From positions 17,469,308 to 17,533,307 of the forward strand of contig NC_057749.1 in NCBI RefSeq assembly GCF_004010195.1: 64,000 nt of DNA, in the 5' to 3' direction. The notes beneath the pieces were generated by a model, which saw only the letters and a list, made by a program, of their open reading frames with translations, was not told where the DNA came from and did not search any database. Below, piece by piece: positions 37,435 to 50,062 of the stretch (positions are counted from its first letter, which is position 1; every line of letters begins with the position of its first letter). This DNA is from Chiloscyllium plagiosum. Taxonomy: Eukaryota. The translations under genes and the position numbers were made by a program.

Positions 37435-37690
37435 AAATACTGTGGCTGCTGGAAATCTGAAATAAAACAGCGCTGGAGAAATTCAGCAGGTCTGGCAGCA
37501 TCTGTGGAAAGAAAACAGAGTTAATATTTTGGGTTCAAAGATTTTCCTCCGCTGTTTTGAGGAAAGGTCATCCCAGACTTGTAACATTAACTCTGTCCCT
37601 CCACCCCTGTCCCCTCCACCCCTGTGCCCCCCCAACCCCCACAGACGCTGCCAGACCTGCTGAGTTTCTCCAGCATTTTGTTTTTACTTC
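37435..37690. mobile_element. Degenerate palindromic Penelope-derived insertion
   Basis: gctggagaaattcagcaggtctggcagcatctgtgg ... ccacagacgctgccagacctgctgagtttctccagc inverted arms. Confidence 0.75.
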
Positions 37691-38480
37691 AATACCAACT
37701 CCAGCCTGTTACTTTCACCTGTCCTCTGCTTTTGCTACAAATCCTCTTCTTTTATCAGGATTGGTATTGCGAGAAGGTCAGAGGTCAAGGACAGCTTTGC
37801 TGTTCCCTGTGCCTCTGTTTTTCTGTCCTGGTATCAATACCTGGATATTAACCCAGCTCAGTGATCTCAGAGCTGCTGGCCTAGAGCGAGTGACCAGAGA
37901 CTTGCAGCTGTCATCAGCCGGATGATGACGTGGTGAAAGGAGATAACTGTCAGATTGTTGTTCTCTCGATCCCTTTGACAGGACTCATCTGCTCTGATAT
38001 CATTTATTAGCCCCAGCAGCCAGGATCTGAACACTCTCTCTCTGGGAATGGTTTCCCAGAATCTGCCGCAGACAAAAGATCTCAGCAAGATGTCAATAAT
38101 TCAAAATGTCCACCTCTCTATTGGGATGTGAACGGCTGCCAATCAGAAATTCTAAACCTAGCATTTTCTACCAGAGCTATTGGTGAAATTTGCTTTGGTG
38201 TGGAGTGGTTGGTGTGAACAGTGCGGGTGCTTTTAAGGGGAAGTTAGAAAAATGTACGATGGAGGAGGGGCCTGAGGGTGTGCTGATGTGTTGGAGTGAA
38301 GTAGGGTGTTGAGGTCACTCACATGGGTCATAATGCCAGTGATATGAATGGTCTGGTTTTCCATACTGGAACTGTTATCTAATATCTTTCACTTACACTG
38401 TCAGACACTAGTTATTCTCCTGCTCCTCACCTGCTGGAGCATATTTTGATAACTTCGGCCAACTCACTGTACTTTATGTT

Positions 38481-38542
38481 AAAAATCACACAACACCAGG
38501 TTATAGTCCAACAGGTTTAATTGGAAGCACTAGCTTTCGGAG
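38481..38542 (-). mobile_element. 62-bp Penelope terminal fragment with 10-bp TSD
   Basis: Matches 57318-57381 in reverse. TSD ctttatgtta at 38472-38481 and 38543-38552. Confidence 0.8.
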
Positions 38543-38764
38543 CTTTATGTTAGCAGGCTGTTCACTCATCAGAAATGTAAACTGGGATGACCCTGTACAC
38601 TTTTCAACACCAGTGACTCAGTGGGAAAACGTGTTTCATGTTCCCCTTCCAAACTTAAAGCCACAATGACCAAGTGTCAAGTTATTTCCCACCTCCCAGC
38701 TGACTAAGATGAGGAAACACACTACCAGCCTAACTCTCTGCCATCTAGTGATACACAGGCTGAT

Positions 38765-38980
38765 CCACACTCAAACACTCTCACTTATACACACACACTC
38801 ACACATACACACAAATATATTCAAACACTCATACACTCACATACACACTCAAACACTCTCACTCACATACACACACCCATACACACACACTCACACATAC
38901 ACAGAAACATACTCAAACACTCATACACACTCAAACACTCTCACTCACACACACACAAACACACACCCATACACATACTC
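38765..38980. repeat. Degenerate (CA)n microsatellite
   Basis: Direct observation. Confidence 0.9.
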
Positions 38981-39022
38981 TTGCTGAATATGGTTTCAGG
39001 ATTAGCCTTACTAAAATATAAT

Positions 39023-39212
39023 TGGAGATCAGAGTCAAAAAGTGTGGTGCTGGAAAAGCCCAGCCAGTCAGGCAGCATCCGAGCAGCAGGAGAGTTGATG
39101 TTTCAGGCATAAGGTCTTCAGGAATTCCTCGGATGCTGCCTGACCTGCTTGGCTTTTCCAGCACCACACATTTTGACTCTGATCTCCAGCATCTGCAGCC
39201 GTCACTGTCTCC
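39023..39212. mobile_element. Palindromic Penelope-derived insertion with TSD
   Basis: Inverted arms; TSD tataattgga at 39017-39026 and 39213-39222. Confidence 0.8.
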
Positions 39213-39804
39213 TATAATTGGAATCAGATTGTAATGAGCCTGAAATATTGGCTCCTGAGGGAGACACTTGAAGGTGGTAAGTTGTTTGGAATATTGGAGT
39301 GCAGGATATTCGAATATATTCCAAAACAAAGAGCATTTGTTTTAAAATTCAATAATTCACATGCAGTGCTTCAACTTTAGTGATGTTAGCACCATGGATG
39401 GGTATCTGTAACTCTGCCATTGAGGTAATGATTTATATGTACCGAATAGAAAGCAGATGCTTAAAGTGATGCTTTTAAGCAAAAGTGCATGTGAGTTCAC
39501 ATCACGCTCTGCTGTATACCACGGCCCGACTGTTCACGTCAGGGGAGTTTAAATGGACCAGCTTTATTGTCCAATGGATTGATGTACCCTCCCAGTGAGT
39601 TATGAGTGAGCAGGATCCGAACCTGCCCAGTGTGTTAGTTCATGTTAACCAGCTTTCTCCAGTTACTCAACTCCAACCAGGGTGTGGGACTGGACTCTCC
39701 TCAGACCAGACTGAGGAAAAATACCAGCTTTCCTTTTCAAAAGAGCAATCCAAGAACTTCCTGCTCATTGTTATGATTCCCAGTTTTTATTTCCATGTTT
39801 TTAA

Positions 39805-40075
39805 ATCATAAAATGGAACCCCTATGGGGTGGAAACAGGCTATTCAGCCCATCAAGTCTGCACCAACCCTCCAAAGAGCATTCTGTCTAGACCGATCTAT
39901 CCCTGTAACCCTGTCTTTCCCGTGGCTAACCCCCCCAACCTGCACATCTTTGAACTGTGGGAGGAAACCGGAGCAAACCCTAGTAAACACGGGGAGAATG
40001 TGTAAACTCCACACGGACAGTTGCCCAAGGTTACTCGTGCTGTTACACAATTACTTTGCTACCGTGCCACACTCG
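39805..40075 (-). mobile_element. V-SINE
   Basis: Reverse complement of the V-domain (tgtgggaggaaaccggagca...ggggagaatgtgtaaactccacac). Confidence 0.8.
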
Positions 40076-40264
40076 GCCATTTCCATTTGCTACATTAATT
40101 TGTTCTTTCACAGGGCCACTGGGGAACTGCTCATCTCTTCAGCCTTCCTTCTACCCTGCACTCTACACCTAAGGGACACCCAAACACCCCTTCCTGATTT
40201 GCCTCATTCTTTATGAACCCTTGCCAGGTTTAGATGTCCCAGAGCAGCAGGAGGAAGAGGAAGA

Positions 40265-40515
40265 GGGTGCAGTTGGTAGCTGTCTCACTTCTGAGACAGA
40301 GAGTCATGGGCTCAAAGCTGCAGCAGAGATGTATGTGTATAATCCAGGTATTGGCACTCCATTACAGTAATGAGGGAGTGCTGCACTGTTGGAGGGGATG
40401 TTTTATACCGAGGCTTTGCTGACTCTCTTGAGTGTACACTAAAAACACACCCCATATTTGTAGAAAAGCAGGTGAGTTCTCCTTAGTGTCCTGCCCAATA
40501 TTTATCCTAAACCTA
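40265..40515 (+). mobile_element. Deu-domain SINE fragment
   Basis: actgagggagtgctgcactgttggagg-like core and gagttctcc...gtgtcctgcccaatatttatcc. Confidence 0.6.
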
Positions 40516-41912
40516 AAAGGATTAAATGGTAGATTGCAGAGGACTGGAACCGATGGAGGAGCAGGAATGTTTGCTGTGCTGATGTATTTGTTAATTTTGC
40601 ACATGAACATTATTTGAAAACCATTTCCAATGTCGTTCTGTCTTTCTGCATTCAATAGTTATTGCGTTAAAGGTGGGAGACGTGTCACCACAGATTTTGT
40701 TTCGACGCAGGTCACTCTGATAAACAGATAATCAACCAAGTTATTTCTTTAAAACTTACCTTAGCAAAGTATCATGTGTGTGACATTTGAAGACTTGAGA
40801 AGGTGGATTTATCTAATGCTGGCTGTTGTTAATAAGAGTACAGGGATTACATCGAAGGGATTAAGTAAAGAATCCAAGTATAGAACAAATGTAACTTGTC
40901 TAGTCATATCTAAACAATGTAAAGCATTATCGTTATTATTTTTGAGATAATGTCTGATCAAAGATAACTTTCACATTCTGATAATGTTCACCTTTTAATA
41001 TTATCCAGTCTGCTGACAAATCTGTGACTGTTGTTAGCTGAAGGAGTTTGTAATCTGTTTACGAGAGGTTGGATTGATATCCCCAAATGTATGAGACAGG
41101 AGTATTCATTGGTTTCTTTGAGTGAATAGGGTGTGAATATTCCCAGCCAAACTTTATGTAAAACTTTGGATATCTTGGACAGTGCCAGATAGTATATTGT
41201 ACAAGTGAGAGTGAATCACTAACACATTGCGAAGAACAGCTATGAAGTTGTAGAGATGGCTCAGCAATTGTGATGACTCTTGTAGTCAGTTAGCCAAAGG
41301 TTGGTCTCACAGGGAAGTTGAAAAGTGGACTGAGTTGGGACAGAGAGAGATCCTTATTTCCTTCTCCAGAAGATGCTGCTGTGAGGCCTTTAGCTGTCTG
41401 ATTGATGACAGCAGCCTGATAACCTTCTAGTGAGCTCCTCTCCCTCCCTGATGTGAAACAGGCTGACTGGGCAGCACATCGCTCTGTGTTCCAACCTGGG
41501 GGGGGGGGAGGGGAAATGGCTGTGACATCATGTGATCTGGACAGCTACCAAGTCATCCTCCAAATGAGGCAGTGAGCCATTTAAACAATTCGTGTCCCTA
41601 AGGTTTCTTATCAATGAAGTATCTTTGTGTTTGAAGGAAGACCATCAAAGTTAACGGAGTCTATTTCCATTTGTGAAGATAAATTAAATTCTGATGTATC
41701 TCTGAGTATGCGAATGTCCTTTCTGTGTTTCCCCAGAGGTAAAGGAATGTTTGAGCCCACAAGAGAAGTAAAGGGATCCTTGGAATCCATTTTAAATTGT
41801 TCTTTCTAACTGGTTTAAATTTAAAAAGGTACTCTGTTTTCAACATTTACAGTGTTCAAATGAAAAATTGTTGAGACACAGTGAAGGTGCAGGCTCTGGC
41901 TGTGGTATCCTT

Positions 41913-42046
41913 CCACCTGTTGTCTGCCTCTGCCCACCTGTTGTCTGCCTCTGCCTGTCTGTTGTCTGCCTCTGCCCACCTGTTGTCTGCCTGTGCCTGT
42001 CTGTTGTCTGCCTCTGCCTGTCTGTTGTCTGCCTCTGCCCACCTGT
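41913..42046. repeat. 21-bp minisatellite (CCACCTGTTGTCTGCCTCTGC), about 6 units
   Basis: Direct observation. Confidence 0.9.
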
Positions 42047-42597
42047 CTCGTCAGTCACTGACCCTGAATGGCCTTGGCTTTGGTACCAGTTGCGGGATAT
42101 CAGGCTGGTTATAATAAACCACACCAACTAAACAATATAGACACACTCACCTCTCTCTGTGGGAAGGGGCTGGAGGTCTCATGTTTCAGGTAGATGACTT
42201 CTTGTGGCAAAGTGATATAAAGGAAATTCTGGTGTCTGTTGGACAAAAGAAAAGAAATATCAGTTCAAGTCCCAACAGTCCCTTGAAGAGTTTCCTGAAC
42301 ACTGGGGATTAGTTAGCTCAGTTGGCTGGATGGCTGGTTTGCGTGGCAGAGTGATACTGATAGCTCAGGTTCAATTCCTGTACCAGCTGGTGGGTCCCGG
42401 CCTGGTCTCTCAGCGGATTGTGGCTGGTCTCAGCTGGGTGTCCTTGGAGGTACAGTGGCTGGCATCTCACAGTGATGTCCCTGCTCGGTGTGTGTGTGTG
42501 TGTGTGTGGGCCTTGCACTGGGGGAGATTGGAGAGGCAGCAGCAATAATATCTGCTGTGGTAGCATCACAAACAGACAGCTAAAGTGTCCTGGAGAG

Positions 42598-42800
42598 TTA
42601 GATAGGAGCAGAAATTAGGCCATTCAGCCCATCGGGTCTGCTCCACCATTCAGTCATGGCTGTTACGTTTCTCAACCCCATTCTCCTGCTTTCTCCCCGT
42701 AAGCCTTGATCCCCTTTTACAATCAAGAATCTATCTGTCTCAGTGTTAAATATACTCAATAACCTGGACTCCGTTGTGGGCTTTGGCAATGAATTCCATC
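42598..42800 (-). mobile_element. CR1 LINE 3' end
   Basis: Reverse complement of the 3960-4143 type tail (ataggagcagaaattaggccattcagccc). Confidence 0.8.
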
Positions 42801-43954
42801 AGGTTAAACTCCCCACTACTTGTTAGTTTTGCTGGTAATTCCCAGCTCCCTGATGTGGTCACAGTGTGCTCCTGTGTACCCTCCCTGGACACTTTAAAAT
42901 GTTACTCCCTCAAAAACGATTGAGGCAACCGCTATCAGAAAGTACTTTCCCCCAAATCCACCTTCTTACCACTGTTAGCAATACATTGTCAGAATTGCAG
43001 TTTCAGACAGAAACCAATTAAAACATAAAATTAAAATTGGAAAATGGTCTCTGATTTTATTTCGAAGGGAAAAAGACTGGATGGGGATAAAAGAGGTTTA
43101 CAGTGCCAAACTCAGACATTGCACGTGGGTTAAAGATAAGGATTAAAGTTGAGTGAGTCAGGTTTGTGATCAGTATGTTGTTTAAGGATTAGCCTGTACA
43201 AACAGGGAGGTGAGTGCTGGTGGTGCGGAGTTCAGGTCTGGCTGGCTCTGTCTAAACAGAAGGTTCAGCATTGATCTCCCATACGGTCTCTCAGTTAGCA
43301 AAACAAAACCTGGTCTGGATTGGGTGGATTAGCTTCAGTAGCCATCTGCCACCACCACCAATAATTATCGAAATGAAAAAATCAATTAATTAAAATTAAT
43401 TTAAACAAATATGAAAACCATTGAAACCATTTAGTGAAGCAAATTAAAGACGGTGTTTAGCAAAAGGGATGGGTTTTTTTGCCCTACAGGGACGTGTCTG
43501 AGAGAAAGCCACAGCGAATACATTATTGAGTGGGTAATTAATACAGAGGCCTGTCTGCTGAGGGAATTAACATTGTGACAGGCACACCACAAGCATCTAA
43601 TATGGGCACTTCATAGGAGAGATAGTTTAAGTGTTGATCAATTTAATGAATTGTGGTTCTGTACTAGAAGACCAGTACTCACAGCCATTCTGTAACGCCT
43701 AGCAATAGGCTTAACTTGGACTGATGGAGAGTAGTGTACTCAACACTGCCTCAATCTTGTTTTTAAAGATGTTTATTGACTGTCTGATTTAGTGCCATTT
43801 TTATTAATAACCCTTCCTTAAGGCTGTGTCTAACAAGTTTGACTTAAACGAGGAGGGCTGAAGGGGTTGGAGGGAATGAACTGGAATGGGGTTTGAATAT
43901 AAGACAGAAACTGTGTGTTGAGGTAACTCCTGGGGAGTTAATAATCAATTGATT

Positions 43955-45591
43955 ACAGAGCCCAGTTATACAGCACGGAAACAGACCCTTCAGTCCAACC
44001 TGTCCATGCCGACCAAATATCCGAAACTGATTCAGTCCCACCTGCCAGCACCCGGCCCATATCCCTCCAAACCCTTCCTGTTCATATACCCATCCAAATG
44101 CCTCTTAAATGTTGAAATTGTACCAGTCTCCACCACATCTTCTGGCAGCTCATTCCATACACGTACCACCCTCTGCATGAAAATGTTGCCCCTTAGGTCC
44201 CTTTTAAATCTTTCCCCTCTCACCCTAAACCTGTGCCCTCTAGTTCTGGACACCCCTACCGTACGGAAAAGATCTTGTTTATTTATCCTCTCCATGCCCC
44301 TCATGATTTTGTAAACCTCTATAAGGTCACCCCTCAGCCTCCGACGCTCCAGGGAAAACAGCCCCAGCCTGTTCAGCCTCTCTCTGTAGCTCTGATCCTC
44401 CAACCCTGACAACATCCTTGTAAGTCTTTTCTGAACCCTTTCAAGTTTCACAACATCTTTCCGATAGGAAGGAGACCAGAATTGCACACAATATTCCTAC
44501 AGTGGCCGAACCAATGTCCTGTACAGCCGCAGCATGACCTCCCAACTCCTGTACTCAATACTCTGACCAATAAAGGAAAGCATCCCAAACGCCACCTTCA
44601 CTATCCTATCTACCTGCGGCTCCATTCTTAAGACCTCAAGTTTCTTTGTTTGGCAACAAACACAGGACCTTACCATTAAGTGTATAAGTCCTGCTAAGAT
44701 TTGCTTTCTCAAAATGCAGCACCTCGCATTTATCTGAATTAAACTCCATCTGCCACTCCTTAGCCCATTGGCCCATCTGATCAAGATCCCATTGTACCCT
44801 GAGGTAATCTTATTCTCTGTCCACTACATCTCCAATTTTGGTATCATCTACAAACTTACTAACTGTACCTCTTATGCTCACATCCAAATCTTTTATGTAA
44901 ATGATAAAAAGTAGAGGACCCAGCACCGATCCTTGTGGCACTCCACTGGTCACAGGCCTCCAGTCTGAAAAACGACCCTCCATCACCACCCTCTGTTTTC
45001 TATCATTAAGCCAATTTTGTACTGAAATGGTTAGCTCCCCCTAGATTCCACGTGATCTAACCTTACTAACCAGTCTACCATGCGGAATCTTGTTGAATGC
45101 TTTGCTGAAGTCCATACAGACAACAGCTTCTGCTCTGCCCTCATCAAACATCTTTCTCACTTCTTCAAAAAATTCAGTCAAATTCATGAGACATGACTTC
45201 CTACACACAAAGCCATGTGGACTATCCCTAATCAGAACTTGTCTTTCCAAATGCATGAAAATCCTGTTCCTCAGAATCCACTTGAACAACTCACCCCCAC
45301 TGATATCATGTTCACCGGTCTATAGCTCCCTGGCTTTTCTTTACCACCCTTCTTAAACAGTGGCACCACGTTAGCCAACCTCCAATCTCCCGGCACCTCA
45401 CCTGTGACTATCAATGATACAAATAGCTCAGCAAGGTGCCCAGCAATCACTTCTCAGGGATTTATCTACAATTATGCATTTTAAGACCTCCAGCACCGTG
45501 TTCTCTGTGATATGGACACTTTTCAATAAATCCCTATTTATTTCCCCAAGTTCCTTAGCTACCATGTCCTTCTCCACAGTAAATACAGATG
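43955..45591 (-). mobile_element. CR1 LINE, RT and 3' end
   Basis: [43 protein letters not shown] and QFWSPSYRKDVVKLERVQKRLTRML. Its 5' break is at SVFTVEKD. Confidence 0.92.
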
Positions 45592-46334
45592 TGAGAGCTC
45601 ATCCACCTCCTGAAAATGTCTATGTTTAAACTGTACCATGTTCCACGTTCACATCATTCTGAGTGAGGGTGTCTATCTTAGTTTTTAAATTGATCCTTTA
45701 GTGACTATTTTATGTTCATGTTTCTTTGTACTTGCCTCACTCACAAATGCAAAACTCCTTCCACATCCACCCTATTGAATTCCTTCATTATTTTAAGGAG
45801 CCCTCTGGTTTCTTCATCTGTTCTCCAGAGCCAGAGTCCCAGTAGCCTGCTTTCTTCCTGTCTTTGTTGTATCCCCTCCATTTCTGATAAATTCTTGTAA
45901 TATTTTTTACTTCTGCCAGTATTTCAAGACCCTTCCTGTCACACAGAGCCCAGAATTACACACAACAAGCCAAAAGCAGTGCAGTCAAGTTCTATTGACT
46001 TTCAACTCATTGCCCGTACTCGTGTTTATGTTGTTACAAGTTATTATGGCTGATGTTTATTCCGCAATCAATAACATAGAAAGACACACTATTCAATTAT
46101 TATCTCAAAGCTGCTGTGGGAAATCTGAGTGAAATTTTGCTGTTTCAAACACTTGCACTCATCTGTGTGTGCACAGATATGTGTATGTGCAGTGTATGAG
46201 CATTGTGTGTGTGTCTAAGTGCATTTATATGTGTATGAGTGCATGTGTGTGTGTGTATGTGTGAGTGAACCACACTCACACTGTGTTCACTGTCAGTATG
46301 CCTTGATATCGTGATTGGTTGTATGTCACTTCTG

Positions 46335-47386
46335 AAGGTGCTGGGAATATGGCTCAGAGGGGCCAGGGTCTGTGCTAAATCTTGGGAGCAGTGCATCATC
46401 AAAATGAGGCAGAAACTGGGTGTTTGGGAGCACTGTTCCCTCTCCGTTGCGGTTAAAATACTCTCTCTACTCTCTGTTGTTCGTGGCACAGGTCTGACCC
46501 ATTCCCTGAAATCATGCTCTTGCAGTCACCCGAGCCATCTTCTACTTCTTCTGCTGGTCTAAGATGGACTGCGTCTGCAGGGACCCCAAGTACAAAACCC
46601 TGGATGGCCAGAGGAATGTTCCCAACATCATCCTCATCCTTTGTGTGCAGCAGCATCAAGCTGTACATAGACCCTTGATACACAAACACCAAGTCTCACT
46701 AAGTACTGAGGTTCTACCTGTCCTTGGTATTGCAAAAGATGGGACTGGTCTCACCACTGCGGAATCCTCCAAGTAGTTGGACCTTTCTGTATCACCTGTG
46801 CTTTGCGGAGAAATTTGCAAAGAGAAGCACCTTTGACCACAACTCCATCAGGAAGTGGTCAGAACACAGTGTCCCTGAGACCCTGTGAGAAAAGGACAGG
46901 ATGGATCCTGTCGTGTGGCTCCCTGAGCAGACTGTCAAAGTCATTGGGCAGAACGCTTCATCACCAGATCTTTCCAAGACATGGCTTGGCTGGTGATGAG
47001 AAGAGCACTAGCCATCAGATCCTTCATGTACCCTTGGTCGGGCTGCGTCACCACAAGCTGCTCTTGAAGCAGCTGCAAAAGGAGTGAGGCTGTCACATGT
47101 CTCTTTCTAGAATGTGCCTTTGCAAAGGAAATCTGGAGGAAGATGCAGCTATTTCTGTCGAGGCTCATCCCGAGCAGCTCCGTGACACAGGGCTCTGTGC
47201 TGTCTGTTTCCCCGAGACACACACCGAGACAAACGTCGACTGTGCCTGGAGGACCATCAACCCTGTGAATGATGCTCATGGTCTGCTTGAAACTTGTTGA
47301 TCTCCCAGAGCGAGGAGTTGATCAAGTGTTCCAGACTGGCACATTCCATGGTTCAGGACTACATGCTGAGGCACACACTAAAGCTT
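46335..47386 (+). mobile_element. Tx1/L1-clade LINE ORF2 C-terminal remnant
   Basis: Across frames: AKSWEQCIIKMRQKLGVWEHCSLS, NVPNI, TKSH.VLRFYL, EQTVKVI.QNASSPDL, the zf-RVT-like EAVTCLFLECAFAKEIWR, and NVDCAWRTIN. Confidence 0.7.
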
Positions 47387-47505
47387 GGGAGACAGGGGAT
47401 TGTGATGGGTCTGTTGGTGGGGGAGACAGGATTGTCACAGGGGTCCGTTGGTGGGGGAGACAGGATTGTCACGGGCCTGTTGGTGGGGGAGACGGGATTG
47501 TGATG
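47387..47505. repeat. ~32-bp minisatellite (GGGAGACAGGATTGTCACGGGCCTGTTGGTGG), 3-4 units
   Basis: Direct observation, at the 3' break of the Tx1 remnant. Confidence 0.85.
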
Positions 47506-48206
47506 ATTCTGGGGAATTCCCTTGTTCCTACAATTTTCTGGCTTTATCCTTGTTCAACAACATGTATCGATTCTAAATATAGAGCTTTGGAAATGTATTG
47601 TATACTTGACGTGCCATTGATATCTCTCGAAAAATGTTAACTGATCTGTAACGTCCAAATGCTTTTGAAACAAGAGTCTACATGTCTGGGAGTGGGTTTA
47701 TGTTGTTTTTAATGGGCAATGTGCTGATTGGTATTTGGCTGTTTCATGGATGCAAAATAGTCAAAGATCAGGTGTGAAACGAACAAGATGGGAAGGACAC
47801 CATTTGGAAGGTCGTGGGCCCATATCCAGTTTGGAAACCTTGGTCTGAGGTTCTCCTGCACGTGTAACCCTTCCTGTGGGTATCCCTGCACCCATTCACT
47901 CTTCGAAAGGGCTCCCACTAGAATGCACCATCCTCTTCAGGAAAGCGGGCTGCCTTGAGCTGGTGTCAGCTGTTTGCAAGGCCAGGCTCCCTTCTGGTTC
48001 ATGCAGGCAATGAGCAGCTTGGTGGGGTGGGGTGGGGGTGCGGGATGCTGGCTGCATGTAACAATCCTCCCCCACAGGACAGAGCAGCGCCCATTTAAAG
48101 TGCTGCACGTGTCACAAGGAATGGTGATGGGCTGTGCCGGCTGGACTCATGGTCAAGTCTCTGGCACAGGATTTCTGCTTTTTATAAACAATGGGAGGGA
48201 ATCTTC

Positions 48207-48552
48207 AGGGTGGCACAGTGGCTCAGTGGTTAGCACTGCTGCCTCTCAGCGCCAGGGACCCGGGTTCGATCTCACCCTCAGGCGACTGTCTGTTTGGAGT
48301 TTGCACATTCTCCCTGTGTCTGTTTGGGTTTCCTCTGGGATTCTCTGGTTTCCTCCCACAGTCCAAAGATGTGCAGGTAAGGGTGGATTGGCCATGGGGA
48401 ACTGCCCATAGTGTCCAGGGATGTGTGGGTTAGCCATGGGGAGTGCAGAGATAAAGTAGGGGGTGTTGAGTTTGGGTGGGATGCTCTTTGGAGGGCCAAT
48501 CTAAACTTGATGGGCCAAATGGCCTTTTTCTGCACTGTCGAGGATTCTATGA
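48207..48552 (+). mobile_element. V-SINE, full length
   Basis: ggcacagtggctcagtggttagcactgctgcctc (A-box), gggttcgatc (B-box), V-domain and tail ggattctatg. Confidence 0.88.
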
Positions 48553-49824
48553 TCTGAACTGAAAAGGTAAGCTGTGTGGTGCAGTGAGCTGTCATTCCAT
48601 TGTTGTAACTCTGCAAGCTGCTTGATTAATTAAGAGTGAGCTGTTTTTCTGATATCACTCCCAGTCTCTGGAGCTGGGAGCACTGGGAGCTCCAGCTGCT
48701 TTTTGATGACAGAGTAAAATGAGGTCCCAGTACAAAGAGTCTGGTCTCTCCCCAAAAGCTTTGTGTTGGCTGATTCAAAGAGCAAGATTAAAATTTGATC
48801 GAACCCATCTACTTACAGTGGAATAGAGTGCCCCTGTGTCATGAGAGCTGGCATCTCCAGCTCAGGTAATTGTTATGTGGCTCTACCTGGGACCAAGTGG
48901 TCACCTGTCATTGATCATGGGTGCAGCTCTGCTTTGTTATCAGGTAATAGTACCAAGGTAGAACACATTGCACAGCAAATCCAGACAGGGGGTAACAGAA
49001 GCCTTCATCCATTTGCTGTTTGCAAACAGGTATTGTACATCTGACAGAGCGTCCCTTAAATCTCCTCCACCTTAACAAGGTGTACTCCAGTATTCCAGGT
49101 AAATGCTGATGAGTATTTTCAGTGAAATAACGAAAGGACCTTGATGAAGAAATGTAGCTGAGGAGCTGCGGCTGGAGTAGAGGGACTCGCCATGTCCTGG
49201 AGATGAAAAGCTGATCCAGGCCTGCTCTCGAAAACCGATTCTAATTATTTTTTCACAAAACTTTCTGCAGGATCACCACCGATCCCTTTCCTAAGGAAGA
49301 ATTAGATCCTTCTCCAATTGTTCTTTAGACCAAAAAAAGCAGCGCTGCTAATGTCTAGTTTAACCCCAGATCAGACAATAGGCCCAATCACTTTAAGAGG
49401 TCTATTTTAATAAAAATCCCTTTGAGAATCTGTGAGAAGGGGAGCTTTTCTAATGTTGTGGCCTGAGACTTTGCTCGCTCCAAGTAATATTTTTCGTATG
49501 TCAGCCTTAACCACAGCAGCAACTTTTATTTCTATCGAGACATTAGCATGTCAACATCTAGAGGGGTTTTGTAAAGGTAAGTTCCAAAACAATCCACAGG
49601 AAACCAAAGAAAAGAAATATAAGGAAGAGTAACCAAAAGCTTGAGCAGAGCTAAGCCTTGAAAAGGACCTTGAAGGTGGACAGGTGCAAAGTGGTTACAC
49701 ACTGAGGGATCTGAGGGAGGCTGAAGGCATAATCACCAGTGACTGAGAGATCCCAGTGGCCCATTGGAAGCAGCTAGTTGTATTGGGAGGTGACAGCCAG
49801 TCACTGGATTGTTAATGTCACGAA

Positions 49825-49945
49825 TCCTGCACATGGTGAAATTTGAATTCAATAAAAATCTGGAATTGGGAGTCTAATGATTGCTGATTTATTCGGAAAA
49901 CACCCATCTGGTTCACTAATAAACTTTAGGGAGTTAAACTGCCAA
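49825..49945 (+). mobile_element. SINE fragment; fuller copy at 54650-54965
   Basis: gaaatttgaattcaataaaaatctgg...agtctaatga...cccatctggttcactaat is shared between the two sites. Confidence 0.6.
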
Positions 49946-49949
49946 ACTG

Positions 49950-50062
49950 TCTACAAAGGGAGAAGCTGAATAGGCTGGGGCTGCTTTCCCTGGAGCAACA
50001 GAGGCTGAGGGCTGACGTTATAGAGGTTTATAAAATCATGAGGGGCATGGAAAGGGTAAATA
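49950..50062 (+). mobile_element. Short CR1 3' fragment abutting the - strand CR1
   Basis: LNRLGLLSLEQQRLRADVIEVYKIMRGMERVN. Confidence 0.8.

Noticed and set aside
47790..48170. Possible third Harbinger remnant
   Set aside because: GC-rich and suggestive, but no motif I could identify with confidence.
48207..48280. tRNA gene
   Set aside because: The A/B boxes run straight into the V-SINE body, so this and similar heads are SINEs, not tRNA genes.
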